The notes below the pieces were generated by a model. The model made no database searches. It was not told the DNA's origin and worked only from the letters and a program-made list of their open reading frames with translations. A stretch of DNA of 64,000 nucleotides, from assembly GCA_017499595.2 (NCBI GenBank), contig CM038999.1, positions 3,968,001 to 4,032,000 on the forward strand, in the 5' to 3' direction. This document shows, one piece after another, positions 10,458-23,301 of this stretch; within the stretch, counting starts at the first letter, position 1; each line of letters starts with the position of its first letter. The position numbers were made by a program, and so were the translations under genes. The DNA comes from Psilocybe cubensis. Lineage: Eukaryota.

Positions 10458-13400
10458 TCAAAACCCCCTAAGCGCACTCGCAACCCTCGCAAGCCCATCA
10501 AACGACAACACACCCCTCCACTCCTCCCGCACACCATCTTCTCCATACTCATATTCATGGCGATCTCTATGATGCCCTGGCCTCTGCCTCTGCGTCACAT
10601 ACAGTCCGCTAGCGCCAGCGACATTGCGAGGGTTGTTTTCCCCGACACGCCGGGTTTGCTGCTGTACAGGCATAGACACAGACACAGACACAGGCACCTG
10701 GACATGTACAGCTGCGAGCGGCTTCGTGCTGACATTCGAGAGCGGGTATTGGCCCCGTGCAGCTGGAACGACCAGGTTCTTCGTTCTACCTCGCTGATCA
10801 TCCACATCGGCATTGGCGTGCGCATTTTCGTTGGTGTCCGCATTAACATTAGATGTCGGCACCGGCGCTAGCGCTATCGCATCCTCTTCCACAACTTCAA
10901 CTTCAATCGAAGGTTCCATGAGCGCAGGAGGAGGCGCCAAAGGCGGCGGCACAGGCGTCCTTTCCTCACCGCTCCCACTCGCGCCGACCCTGATCTGTGG
11001 AGGTACATACGCGTGGTTATTGTTGCTGTGGTTATTGATGTTCAAATCGAAGCCTCCAACATCATCATCGCCATCGCCATCGCCGCCTCCAAGTCCCAAT
11101 CCAAGCCCGAGCCCGAGCCCCATCCCCATCCCCATCCCCATACCGTAACCAAGTCCATACCCACCATCATCCTCATCCTCATCCATGAATTTATACGCCG
11201 CGTTCTCGTACTCGTCTTCGTACCCAGACGGTGGGCGGGACACTTCTTTTGGTCGTGTCTGTGAATTGAAATTTATTGGATGAGCAGCATCCGCGTCCGC
11301 GTCGTCGTTGTTTTGCTCAGAGTCTTCTTCTTTTTCTAGAGTTAGTTGTAATTGTATAAGCTGCTCACGCTCCTGCGCGTCAATCTCCTCTTCGCGCGCT
11401 TGCGCCTGCACCTGCATGGGCTGAGGCTGATGCTGAGGCTGCAGCTGAACGTGCTGCTCCATCACCTCACCTCCAAGGACGACAACCTCCTCAACATCCA
11501 CACCAAGGTTCATCTTCTCCTCCCCCTCCCCTTCCCCCTCCTCGTCCGAGCTCGCCGCATCCACATCACCATGAGCAAACTCACCACCGTCCACCCCACG
11601 CGCGCGGCTCAGGCTTCTCTGTCCCCTTCCTCGTCCTCGTCCTTGTTCTTGTCCCACACCTCGCGCACGGCTCACGCTCCGCATGCGCATGCTCATCCGG
11701 CTGCGGCTCCTACTATAACTGCCAAGCCTGCATCGGCCTTCCTCATCCTCCTCCTCCTCGTCGTCGTCGTCGTAACGAGAGTGTGAATGAGAATGAGACC
11801 GCGCCCGACGCTCTTCGACGCCCACATCCATCATGCGCATCCATATCTTATGCACATCCGTGTATTCGTCTTCATCTCCGTCTTCGTCTTCTTCTCCTCC
11901 TTGGCCTTCATCCTCCCGCTCCTGGCTCTCTCCATCTGCGCGCGTTCGTTTGCCTTCGTTTGAGAGGGATATCTCCTCAGCAAGGACATCAAGCACCCTC
12001 TTCTCCTCCTCGTCCTGTGCCTGCACTTCCTCCTCCCCTCCCTCTTCACCACCACCACCCGCCTGAGCCCGACAAAGCGCCAAATACCCCAACGCAAGAC
12101 TAAGCGCGTCCTCCCTCCTCTCACGCGCACTCATCACGCGAATACGCACGTTCCTCCGCGGCTGCTGCTGCTGCTGCAGTGGTGGTGTTCGCCTAGTAGC
12201 GCGCTTTTGGATTTTGGTTTGGGTTTGATGCCGCCTACACCCATGCGCATGCGCGTGCGCGGTCGGATCGTCTCGCGTACGCGTACGCGTACGGCCTTGT
12301 CTACCTTCATCCACCTCATCCTCATCCTCATCCTCATCCTCATCCTCTTGCTCACGGTCCCCATCCCCATCCCCATCACCCTCATCCCCATACTCATCCC
12401 CAACCCCAACCCCAACCCCAGACGCAGACCCAACACCAACCCCCATCCAAAGCCACCCACGCATCCACACCCACGCAGCACGCATCTGGCGCGCGCTCAG
12501 CGCCGTCGTGCCATCTACATAGTGCGCCCGTTCGCTTTCGCTTTCGCTTTCCGCGGGTTCTTGCTCCGTCTTTGGATCTGCCTCCTTTTTTGGCTGAGGC
12601 TCTGGATCCGTTTTTGTCTGGCGCTCCGTTTTTGTCTGGCGCTCCGTTTTTGTCTGGCGCTCCGTTTTTGTCTGGCGCTCCGTTTTTGTCTGGCGCTCCG
12701 TTTCTGGCTGAGGCTCCGTTTTCATCTCTGCATCCACCGCTGTCACAGCCGCCGCCGCCGACGCCGACGCCTCGACAGCAACATCACGACGATGACGAAG
12801 ATGAAGCAGAGCACATGAACGCGCCGCATCCGCGTCTGCGTCTAAATTGTCTCCACCCAGCTTGGGCATCTCATCCCCGCTCGCAGGCGTCCGCCCAGGT
12901 GTCGACCCAGGTCCAGGTGCGGGTCCGGGAACGGGTACGGGTAAAGTAATAGGTACAGAGAGCGGAACGGGTTCAGGGAGCGTGAGCACCATCGAATGCG
13001 ACCGCGGGCGCGGGCGCGGGTGTGTTCGCGTCGTCGTCGTCGTCGTCGTCTTTTGGGGGACACACACCACTTTGCCCCCTTTACCCCCCACCTCCTCCTC
13101 CTCTACTTCCTCATCTTCCTTGAATCGTCCTTCATACCCCGCCTCGGCGTCCTCGTCGTCACTCACACCATCAACATCAATCTCAACCTCCTCCTCCTCC
13201 TCGGCGTCGTCGTCATAAAGCACACTAAGCACAACCTTCCGCATCCTCTCCATCTTAGCTCTCTCCAAGCCTTCCTCATGCGCGTACGATTTCCGGCTCT
13301 CGCCCCCTCTTTCATCCCCAGCCTCCTGCGATCCCACACCCGCACCTTCGCCAAGCACGCCCAAATCAGCCTCACCCACACCCAAACCCTCATGCTCATG

Positions 13401-14531
13401 ATCATGATCATCCTCATCCTCGAAATCAAACACCCCAACTTCGACACCCTGCCCTAAATACTGCACCCACCGCGCGCGACGAGCTTCCTCCTCCGCCTCC
13501 TTCTCCTCTGCATCCTTCTCGATATCCTCCACATTCTTCTCATGAACATCCTTCTCCTCCGCGTCATCCCACGAGCGTTTCATCGCCGCGCGCGCAGCGA
13601 TCGTTAGTCTCGCTGCACCTGCACCTGCACCACTACCACCACCCGCACCCGCGCTGGCAGCAGCAGCAGCAGCATTAACCCCTCCATCTCCATTCCCATC
13701 TACACCCTCATCCCCATCCTCCTTCCCATCCGCCCCCGTCCTCGCACATCCCTCACACCCACCCGCACCCACACCCGCACCCACACCTCCACCCACACCC
13801 CTCTCACCCTTCGAGCGCACCACAAAAGGCAACGGCGCAAACGTCGTTCTCTTCATACCCGCTCTCCCCTTCCCCTTGTCCATCTCCCTCGAATTGGCCT
13901 GCGGAGACGCAAAGGTCGATTTCGCAGGTGTACCAGCAAGAGCCGCAAGCGACGACGAGCGCGGCCGCGGGCGCGTGCCTGCTAGGATCGATGTCGGTGT
14001 CGACGTGGACGGTACTGCGGGGAGAGTTGGGAGATTCTGCGTTTGAGTCTGCGTTCGTGTGCGTGTTCGGGGGGTTTGTAGTGTTGGGACAGGTAACTGT
14101 GCCTGTGTAGACGTAGACACAGGAGCAGGAGCAGGAGCTGACGCAGACAGAGCGGGAGGAGGAGGAGGAGGGGGCATGTGGCTGTTATGCACGGGGTACA
14201 GCGTATACGCAGGCGGCGCGCCGCCCATCAAGCGCGTCATTGTCGTCGGTGTATCCGTTCTCTGCACCTGCACCTGAACCTGCGCCTCCAGCTGTATTGA
14301 GCTTGAAGCAGGCGCGTTTGTCGGCGGTGGTGGTGGTGCAGGTGCATCCACATTCGCGTTACCCGCATTTCCACCGTCACTCGAGCTCGAATCAGCACCG
14401 CGGACTCGCATCCTCAAAGGCGTCGGCGTCTGTCTCTGTCTCTCCATCTGCGTCCTCGATCCACCCGCACCACGTTTCGCTTTTGACGCGCGCCTAGGCA
14501 AGCTCGCGCCACTCGGACCCGGCGAGAACAC
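10458..14531 (-). pseudogene. 3' part (1357 codons) of a low-complexity gene disrupted by the transposon
   Basis: Long ORF with no ATG at its 5' edge, starting immediately next to the transposon target duplication; joins in frame with 22180-23301. Confidence 0.8.
12604..12722. repeat. Coding 18-bp tandem repeat, about 5-6 copies (TERQTK)
   Basis: Repeated TCCGTTTTTGTCTGGCGC. Confidence 0.9.
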
Positions 14532-14533
14532 AG

Positions 14534-14561
14534 TGTCGGAAATTTCGGGATAGCCTTACAA
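14534..14561 (+). repeat. Left terminal inverted repeat
   Basis: Matches the reverse complement of 22152-22179 at 24/28 positions. Confidence 0.9.
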
Positions 14562-15619
14562 TGATGGGGCCTAGATTAGGCCAAAATTTGGCTTCTAATG
14601 TGATTCGGCTCTCTTAGAATGCCGACTTTTGCCTTGCGTTGGATTAGATAAATATAGAAGTCATGTGTCACTCACTTGTAAAGAGGGGCAAATGAAAATG
14701 ATTTATAGAATGTATTTAGAGGACCAAATGCGTATTTATTTTGAGAAAATGTGAGTGCTAAATGTACAAGCTACCGTAAGAAACCTACTGAAGTTGAAGT
14801 TGATCCATATTACAACCATACGAGGCCTTACAACTTGACTGTGACTAACGTCACACACATACACAGCAAGTGCAAAGTTGTCAGGCATTCAAGGGATGGT
14901 CAGTATAGATATATCAAATTGGACAATTTTCTACGTCATTGTGGATCATTTACACTTTATTTTATGTACTTTTAGTGCTGTGTCAATATCCCTGCAGTTT
15001 GTGCGCCATAGAGCACAAGTAAGCAAAGGGTCACGGCCGTGAGAAGAATGTCACATGGATCACGCGACACAGTGGACTTAGAAGAAAATCACATACATCG
15101 TCTACGTCTTCACCAAAGTAACTGTTTATGTAGCACATGCTATCTACAAAGGTAAATAATCTAGGGTACGGTGGATAATCAGTAATTCCACACGAAGAGA
15201 GACTAATTTTGAACATGATACATGGGAAAGAATGATTTGACTGATATCTCATAAGTTGATGCATTGTAACTCGGTGTTGATTGTTGTATGTTGCATGCAT
15301 ATTGCACTGTACAACTATGGTAGTACTGCCTTAATCATCAACAATGAGAATCTTTAACCTCTTAAAGACCTTTGTGCTGGATACTATGACATATTTTGAT
15401 AGATGGTTACTAGAATACATGTTCTGGCAGACTAAATTGATGAACTGATTATGGTAGCTTAGTGATGTAGCGCAGCAGAATGATGAAACTAGGGCCTATG
15501 AGACGAATAATCTCCAGCACACTCTATATTAGATGCTGGTAAAATAGTATAAAAGCAGTTGGATCATATTTAATTCTTTATCTGCTCCTCTTTCTGATAT
15601 CTTCTTTACTTTCAAAGAC

Positions 15620-18600
15620 ATGGCTAACCGCCGCCAGCCAAAGGACCAATTGTGCCCAATATGCAACAAGATGTTTAGCATCCAAGGCATTGCTCAACAT
15701 ATCCGATCATGTAGTGGCAAAACACCAAGTCTGGATGCACAGAATGCTTTTGGAGATTTTGCAAATAGGGTTTATGAAAATAGTATGTCATAGTGTATAA
15801 TCTAATTATTGACATTTACCATTCAAAACTCATACAGACTCTCTACATTATACATCAATTTTAAATGCTGCTATTAGCCACTCTCCAGCTATACCAAATG
15901 AGGATTCTACAACCGCTTCTTATTCTGCTATAGATATGGCTCAAATGGAGACACAGGATTCTCTAAATGGTCATCATATTTCCCTTTCAATGGAGCCGGA
16001 AGATTCAATTGAGCCAGTCACAAATCAATCCTCTATACTTCAAATGCTTGATGAAATTTCAAATAATCATTTGCCCCCACCGCTTCCACATCAAATCTGC
16101 ATTGAATTTCATCCAAGTGCAAATATGCCACCAAAATTCATTCCTACACACCAATATAATCCAAATTCCTATCAAACGTCACCAACACCCCATTCTACCA
16201 GTACCAACCCGTGGCATCCATTTAGGACACGTCTTGACTTCGAAGTGGCAGAACTTGCACTTAGCTCACATATGAATAGGCAGCAAAAGCAGATTTTATT
16301 AACCCTTATTGACAGAATCAAAGAAAAGCCAGAGCAGTTTACAATTGACAGTGTATCAGAGCTTGAGAAGACCTGGGAGCTTGCTCGTAGCTACCGTTCA
16401 ACTGGAGTGCGTAATATTTTTTCTATTTTGTAGTTGTACTAACTAATACTATGGAGTACAGTTCCAGAAAAAGGAATATCTTGTACCATACCAAAATGAT
16501 GAAATTGGGTATGAAGTGTATATCCGGCCACTAATTGAGTGGTGCAATAGTCTTCTTCAGAATCCTTCTCTACTTTCACAGTTTCATTGGATTGCTGAAA
16601 GGCATTATAAACAAAATGACGGTAAACGAGACCGGTTGATTGGAGAACCATGGACTGCAAATGAATGGTGGAGCATCCAGGTAGATGTATATATTTTTCT
16701 TTTTACAAATGTAGAATACTTATCATCCTACTCTGCTTTAGAACCTTCTTCCCAATGGTGCATTACCATTTTTTATTATCCTATATGCAGACAAAACTCG
16801 GCTATCCACCTTTGGTACTGCAAAGGCATATCCAGTGCTTGCTCGCTGTGCAAATCTTCCAGCAAATCTTCGAAACAGTGATGGTATTGGTGGGGGAATC
16901 CTAGTTGGATGGCTGCCTATTGTAAGCATTCTAAATGTTATAAATTTTTTTAGTATTAAACTCCAAATATGGATTTCTAGGTTGATGAAGATGCTGGCGA
17001 GTCAGGAAAGAAAATTTTTGTAAACTTCAAGCGTATTGTTTGGCACAAAGGATTCCACGAAATTCTTAAGTCCGTTCAAGAATATGCCACAACAGGATAC
17101 TATGCACAGTGTGCAGACAACATTGTCCGGTGGCTATTCTTCTTTATTTTGATTTTATCAGCGGATTATGAAGAGCAGTAAGTAATAGTTTACTTCAATA
17201 TAATTGTTATAGTAAATGAAACTGTTGGGCGCCTATTTTATAGATGTGTTATGGCCCTAACCCGTGGTGCTACAAGCAACTTTCCGTGTCCTGTATGCTT
17301 GGTTCCAAAGGAAAATTTATCAAATCTTACCACGGTATACCCTTATCGAACATCAGCAGAAATGAAACACATATATACAGAGGCACAAAATTTTACAGCT
17401 AAAGATAAGGAGAATTATTTAAAAGAATATGGATTACGAAATGTAGAGGTATAGTGCATTATATATGTCATTATTCTTGATTAATATTTCCTACAGAATG
17501 TATTTTGGATGATGAATGGGAGTGATGTATATAAAGCTCTTTCCTGGGATCGACTACATGCATACCATGGTGGACTATTTTCTGATCATTTATGGTCAGA
17601 ATTTAAGGCTATTATTGATAGCTCTGGAAGGAAAGATGCTGAGATTATTGACAATCAGTAAGCATTGATAATATAACCTCTTGATGGATAAGTAATAATA
17701 AGGTTTATGCTTTTATAGATTTGATCAAATTCCTCGATGGAGTGGTCTTAATCACTTTGCATCTATAATTAAGACAGGAGAATTTGCAGATGGAACAAAA
17801 TATGAAGATATAGCAAAGGTACACATGCATTTTTTAGACACTAATTGTGAATATAATATATCTGTGATTTCTAGATCATTTGTTATGCATCTCATAATGT
17901 TCTAGAGAAGTCAGACCGTGGATATTGTCTGCTCAAGCTTATGCGAAGCTTTGTAGAATTGGATATGTATTCATCTTTGATTATTCATAGCAGTACAACA
18001 TTACATGGGTTACAAAAAGAACTTGCAAAGTTCTGTTCTATTCTTGAGGTAAGGCATTCTCCAATTCATATGTAGACCCAATTAATTCTCTCAACAATAA
18101 AATTTCCAGGAATATATTCAACTCCATCCAGACAAAAATTGGAATTTTCCTAAAATCCATTCACATGTCCATATGATTCAAGATATTGTTGCAAAAGGTG
18201 CAACTCGGAACTCTAATACTAAACCCAATGAAAAGGCACATGGCTTGCTTAAGCTCTGGTACCGCTTTCACACCAATTTCAAAGATGTGGCGCCACAGGA
18301 ATGTGCTTTAATTCATGTGTACAATATTATTTGTCTGATCTAGTAAATTTGCTTCTAACAGATATTAAAAATGAACCACGATGATCTTATTGCAATGATT
18401 ATTCGCATGGATATCAATGCTATTGATGATCTTGACATGCCCAAAGAGGACGGCGAAGAATCACTTATATCTACACCACAAGTTTCCAATCTTGGAAATT
18501 CATTGGGTAACGGTCTATTTGTTTGTACATGTATAATGTTATTAAATTGACATTTAACAGGATCAAGTAATGAGAAAAGAGCTCAAAGTCACATTTCAAT

Positions 18601-19281
18601 TGGGTCACTTCAAGCAATAATCACATTTGCCGATGTGGAAAAACAATTCAAAGAGAACATGGCATTTGAACGCTTCCGGATTAAAACAGGAAAATACCTT
18701 GCAGCAGCTTCTGGAAGTACTATCCGATTAAAAGCCAATCATAAGGTAAGAGTTACAAGAACAATTTAAGCATTATTTATTTTTCATGTCAAAACTTACT
18801 TGTGTAACAGATTACACCATTTGAGCTTGCAAGAATTCATTATCAGTCGGAAATTGATTGGTCGGCTCAAAGAGATATGGTTCGAGTTAGCAAAAGTTTC
18901 CACAAGCGGCCACGAAATGATTACGTCCTTTTGGCACTTGATCATCAGAAGTACTGCTTTGCACAACTTCTGTTCATGTTTATTGTGTCATTAGATGACA
19001 AAACAGAGTGGCCGCTTGCTCTTATTCTGCCACTTGATGAACCGGTTGATCAGCGCACAAATTTGGCACGTAGGCGTGATAAAGATTTAGAGTTTCTCCG
19101 AGTACGAGCCCGAAGGCGAACAAACTCTGCAATTATTGACGTACGTAGTATAGTACGCGGTGGCCTTCTGATTCCAGACTTTGGAAATGATGCAAACGAG
19201 TTTATTGTTATGGATTCACTTGATCCGGACATGTGGTGGCGGTTAAAATCAATAAAATTAACTACACATGTTTTATTATAA
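15620..19281 (+). CDS. Plavaka-family transposase with N-terminal C2HC zinc finger (multi-exon; one aberrant splice donor)
   Basis: CPICNK..IAQHIRSC; PWHPFRTRLDFEVAE; EPWTANEWW; ILYADKTRLSTFGTAKAYPVLARCANLP; GGGILVGWLP; ILSADYEEQ; RGATSNFPCPVCLVP; WDRLHAYHGGLFSDHLW; WNFPKIHSHVH; NTKPNEKAH. TATAAAAG at 15548. Confidence 0.88.
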
Positions 19282-19552
19282 CTAGTGTTGTTACATATTA
19301 AACAGAATACAATAAAGAGTGTAATCAAGCATGCATAGTGCTCTATTTTTGTGTTTTGTACACGTTATATTAAATTTTCAGCTTGATCCTTTACATAGTG
19401 GGAAAATGATGTTATATCAAGGCTATAGCACGGCGCTTAACATGAGGAAAGGGTGCGGCTCACTTTTCTGTTTAAAAGACACAAAATTTCTTCTTTCTGA
19501 GTAGCAGCACTGATATTCTAACTCATATCCTCTCTGGTACAACTCTTTGGTC

Positions 19553-21551
19553 ATGTCTTCATCAATGTCAATTGTTCCAAGCTCCGTTGCAGGCGAGTCA
19601 TCCATTTCAGGCGCGTCTTTTTTCCGTGGAGCAACATTGGCCGAGCTTGAGCAAGTAAGTAATATTTTAATGTATTTTTGCATTTTCTAGATTCTAATGA
19701 ATAGAAACAGAGGTGTCGGATCCAGCAAGATACCATTTTTAATCTGGAATCAAAGGTCCGGGAGCTTAAAGAGGAAAACGCAAGTTTGAAAATGCGCTTG
19801 ATCAACAAAAAAGGCGCTGTTCGACCTGCTGTCTCTGACACATCGGATTGCGCAGCCGAAATAGCTCTCCGAAAGGACCTTATTCGTCTTGCTAAATATC
19901 ATTTCATTTTCTATCGTATTATTGTTCCCAAGTCACTCTTTGGAAATCCCAGGCCTTCGTTCAGCTCTAACAATGCATCTGCTCGGTACAAAGACGAGAA
20001 TACATCCAAGCTTGGCAATATTGCGGAATTGTACGAATGCTTTCCAGCAAAGTACCATTCAATTATCAGTGAGAATGTGGAGATGGCAGTTAATGTGGTG
20101 CGTTTTATATCTTTTTTCCAAGTTTAGGATATCTTGCTCATATATCTTTATTCTATAGTTCGTTAAAGGCTTGTCGGAAGGCCGTTCAACAATACTAAAT
20201 AAGATTCGGACCTCTGCGCCTTCTATTTTCCCAAACATTCCATCTGAGCTGTTCACCTCACCATTGTCTTTTGGCCTAAGCTCCCATGCGGTTGTGCAAA
20301 CATTGCTTGGTGCATCGGACCGTGTAAAAGTGATGACCGGAACGAAGGAAATCTGGAAGCTCATTTATCCCAATGACACTGCGCACACATTTCCCCCAGT
20401 TTTATTTGCAGATTCTGACACCAACAACGCTTTGGGACTTTTTAAAAGTGATTTTCTTTTGAAGGTACAGTATATTTAATTCTGAAAATACATAATACCT
20501 GGCTAAAACTCTAGTTTAGACGGCAAGAATCATTCTTCTAGGGCCATCGGCCTTAAAGGCGGAGATTATGCCTCGAACACGGGAAGATAGTCCAAGCGCC
20601 CATATTGATAGTCGTATGAATTGTACAACACCAGGCTTGATAGCTGCGTCTGCAACAGCGGTATGTATTTGTTATTACATGTATTATAAATTGAGTGCTA
20701 GATATTGACTACTAATATAGACTATATACATCTTATCCGACGACCGTGAATTTACCAGTAGTGGTGTAGGACCAACAACAGGGAGGCTTTATCTTGCTCA
20801 ACACGATATGTACAAGCATTATCTCATTACACAGCAGTCATCACTCGCTTCACTGTTCAAATATTGGGATAATATTCTCTTTCCACACCAAAAACCCATT
20901 ATTCCTACTTCTATTACACAGCAGCCTACGGAAATCCTTACATCAAGCCATTCCAGGATGTCGGATTCCGAGTCAAGTCCATCTCCGCATCCGGTTTATC
21001 AGATGATTGCCAACTTTAGTCGACAAACAACCATAACTCCTAGTTCAACAACTTCTATTCCGGGTCCTATCGTTAATGTGGAAGACCGTGACACCGACTC
21101 TGATGTAGAAGACTTTGCGCCGCCACTACAAAGCACTCGGAACCTGCCATCTAATACTCAGGATATTACTGAAGATAGATCTGATACTGACGAAGGTACT
21201 TGTCTTTTGATTCCCACGCGTTTAGCTCATGCCCATTATGTATCATTGGTATTAGAACCGACTCCGGCAGCCTTTGAGTCTGCACTCCATGTTACAAATA
21301 CCACGGTCAATGCTCCACTCCCAGTATTTCTCCCAGTTCCGAAGACTCAGACTCCGACAAGCCCTCCCCTTTCTTCCAATACAGTCTCTGTTCCTAATGC
21401 TTCCACAAGCATTTCTCCACTTGAAGCACCAGTAATCAAGCCAAAACGTGGTCGAAAGAAGGGGTTGGCCCCTGTGCAGCCTGACGCAACTGTTGTAGCC
21501 AAAACACGGAGCACACGCTCTAGTAAGCGTGCTAATATTACACCATTATAG
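19553..21551 (+). CDS. Second transposon-borne gene: coiled coil, helical DUF6698-like domain and S/T/P-rich tail with basic motif
   Basis: Spliced MSSSMSIVP...LESKVRELKEENASLK...RIILLGPSA...TTPGLIAASATA..YILSDDREF...LFKYWDNILFP...KPKRGRKK; lies within the TIRs. Confidence 0.75.
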
Positions 21552-22151
21552 TAGGCACGCTGTACTTAGACTACTTTGCATTCCGGTGTATCTCATTATG
21601 GCGGACATACTACTGTGTTTGGTTGATTACTTCTTTGCTTTTCAATGCATAGTACGGCCCTCACGATTGAGATTGTCTGAAAAAATTGAAGTCCGAGTAG
21701 ACGACTCTGGACTCGATCGGTTACATCAGTTGACTAAGCACAGAAAATGTGGTGTCATATTAACGCCACACTATAATTTAAGAAAGGAGGTTTGGTCTAG
21801 TGGTAACAATGCTATTGGTAGGTTTGTCTTGTCTTGAAGGTCTGGCGTTCGGTTCTTGGTAAGTGCATAAAAGTTTGACTTCAACACAATTCCTACTGAA
21901 AGCAATCGTTGACTACTAATCAATTGGAAACTATGTCAGTGCGTTCATCTTCCTTTTAATTTGTTAGATGCCCTTTGAATCAAGCCCAACCTAGCAAGGT
22001 CTTTTAATCTAATCTTATTCCCTACGCCTTGCTAGGCATGTATAGACTTCTAAGCCACTACCTTACAAGGTCAATCACGGTTACTTCTTAGGCACGCTCT
22101 CAGATTGGGAGGCATCACAAGGCTAGCCGGGCCTTGCCGGCCTTTTCGGCC

Positions 22152-22179
22152 TTGTAAGGCATTCCTGAAAATTCCGACA
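22152..22179 (-). repeat. Right terminal inverted repeat
   Basis: TTGTAAGGCATTCCTGAAAATTCCGACA. Confidence 0.9.
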
Positions 22180-23301
22180 AGATATGGGATTCGGGACGGG
22201 TGTCTGCAACTGAGAAAACTGAGAGAAATGAGGGAACTGGGCGGAGATGGACGGCGGGAAGGCCGTTCGAGTAGGCGTTTGCGTTTGTGATGAGGGCAAA
22301 GGTGCAGGAGTTTGCGAAGGCGCAGTGGGACGATAAGTGTTTGTTATAGGGGTAGGGGTAGAAGTCGACGTTGACGTTGACTGTTGCACCTGTGTCAATT
22401 TCGATTTCGATTTCGACGCTGATGCTGATACTGGTGTTGGTGTTGGTGTTCCGGCATGTGCTGACGCTGGTACTGGCACTGGAGCTGACACAGATGCTGA
22501 TATCTCTCCTTCCCCGTCATCACCAAACACATCGTCCGGCACCCCGCCCGATCTCGGCTCTTCATTGCTCTTTTCCTTGTCCTTTTCCTCCTCCTTCACC
22601 TCACCGGCACCCTTACCCTTACCACCACCACCCCGCATCCCAGTCCTAGTTTTAGAGCGCCGCGGCAAATGGCTCCGATGCGGCTGCACGAACCCGCGCG
22701 CGCTCATCTTCGCCTGTTCCTCCCCTCCTGTCCCTCCTCCTCCTCCCGTCCCTGTTCCTGCTCTTCCCATTCCAAGTCCTCCCATTCCAAGTCCTCCTCC
22801 TATTAATCCCGCACCCGCACCTCCTCCCAAACCCGCACCCAAACCCGCACGTACACCAACACCACCCAACCCGCCTCCGGATCCATGGCCAAACCCCATG
22901 CCTACGCCGCCGAACTCGCCCTGCGTGACAACATGCCCATGCGCTCTAGCGTGCGCATTGATCGACGCGAAGCTCAGTGCCGCCGGCTTCATCTGCTGCT
23001 TCATCTGCTGCTGTGGCTGGGCACGCGCTGGAACCGCGACTTCATCTCGTGCGGGTGCGGGTGAGGGTGCTGTTGTTATTACAGGTACAGGAGCGGGTTT
23101 TACGAGGGAAGACGAGGATGAAGATGGGAGTGAGAGAGAGAGGATGAGCGTCGATGAAGATGCGGATGCTGGGGATGGTATCGCCTGCCCCTGCCCCTGC
23201 CCCTGTGCTTGTCCCTGCGCCTGTGCTCGCTTTTTTGGTGGGGATAGGGGTGTCGGTGTCTGAACAGAATTTTCCATTGCCATTGGCATTGACGTTGCCA
23301 T
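22180..23301 (-). pseudogene. 5' part (374 codons) of the disrupted low-complexity gene
   Basis: ATG at 23301 (MATSMPMAMENS); reads ...PVPNPIS into the TIR and stops at 22123 after 18 element-derived residues. Confidence 0.8.

Larger units (their letters stand above)
14534..22179 (+). mobile_element. Complete Plavaka-type (CACTA/CMC-related) DNA transposon, 7646 bp
   Basis: Left end TGTCGGAAATTTCGGGATAGCCTTACAA; reverse complement of right end TGTCGGAATTTTCAGGAATGCCTTACAA (24/28 identical); AG duplicated at 14532-14533 and 22180-22181; AT-rich interior against GC-rich flanks; encodes a transposase. Confidence 0.92.

Noticed and set aside
10557-14497. Many overlapping alternative-frame and antisense ORFs (also at 22337-23263 and 26558-28619)
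   Set aside because: Shadows of GC-rich, repeat-rich coding sequence that lacks stops; no independent coding signal.
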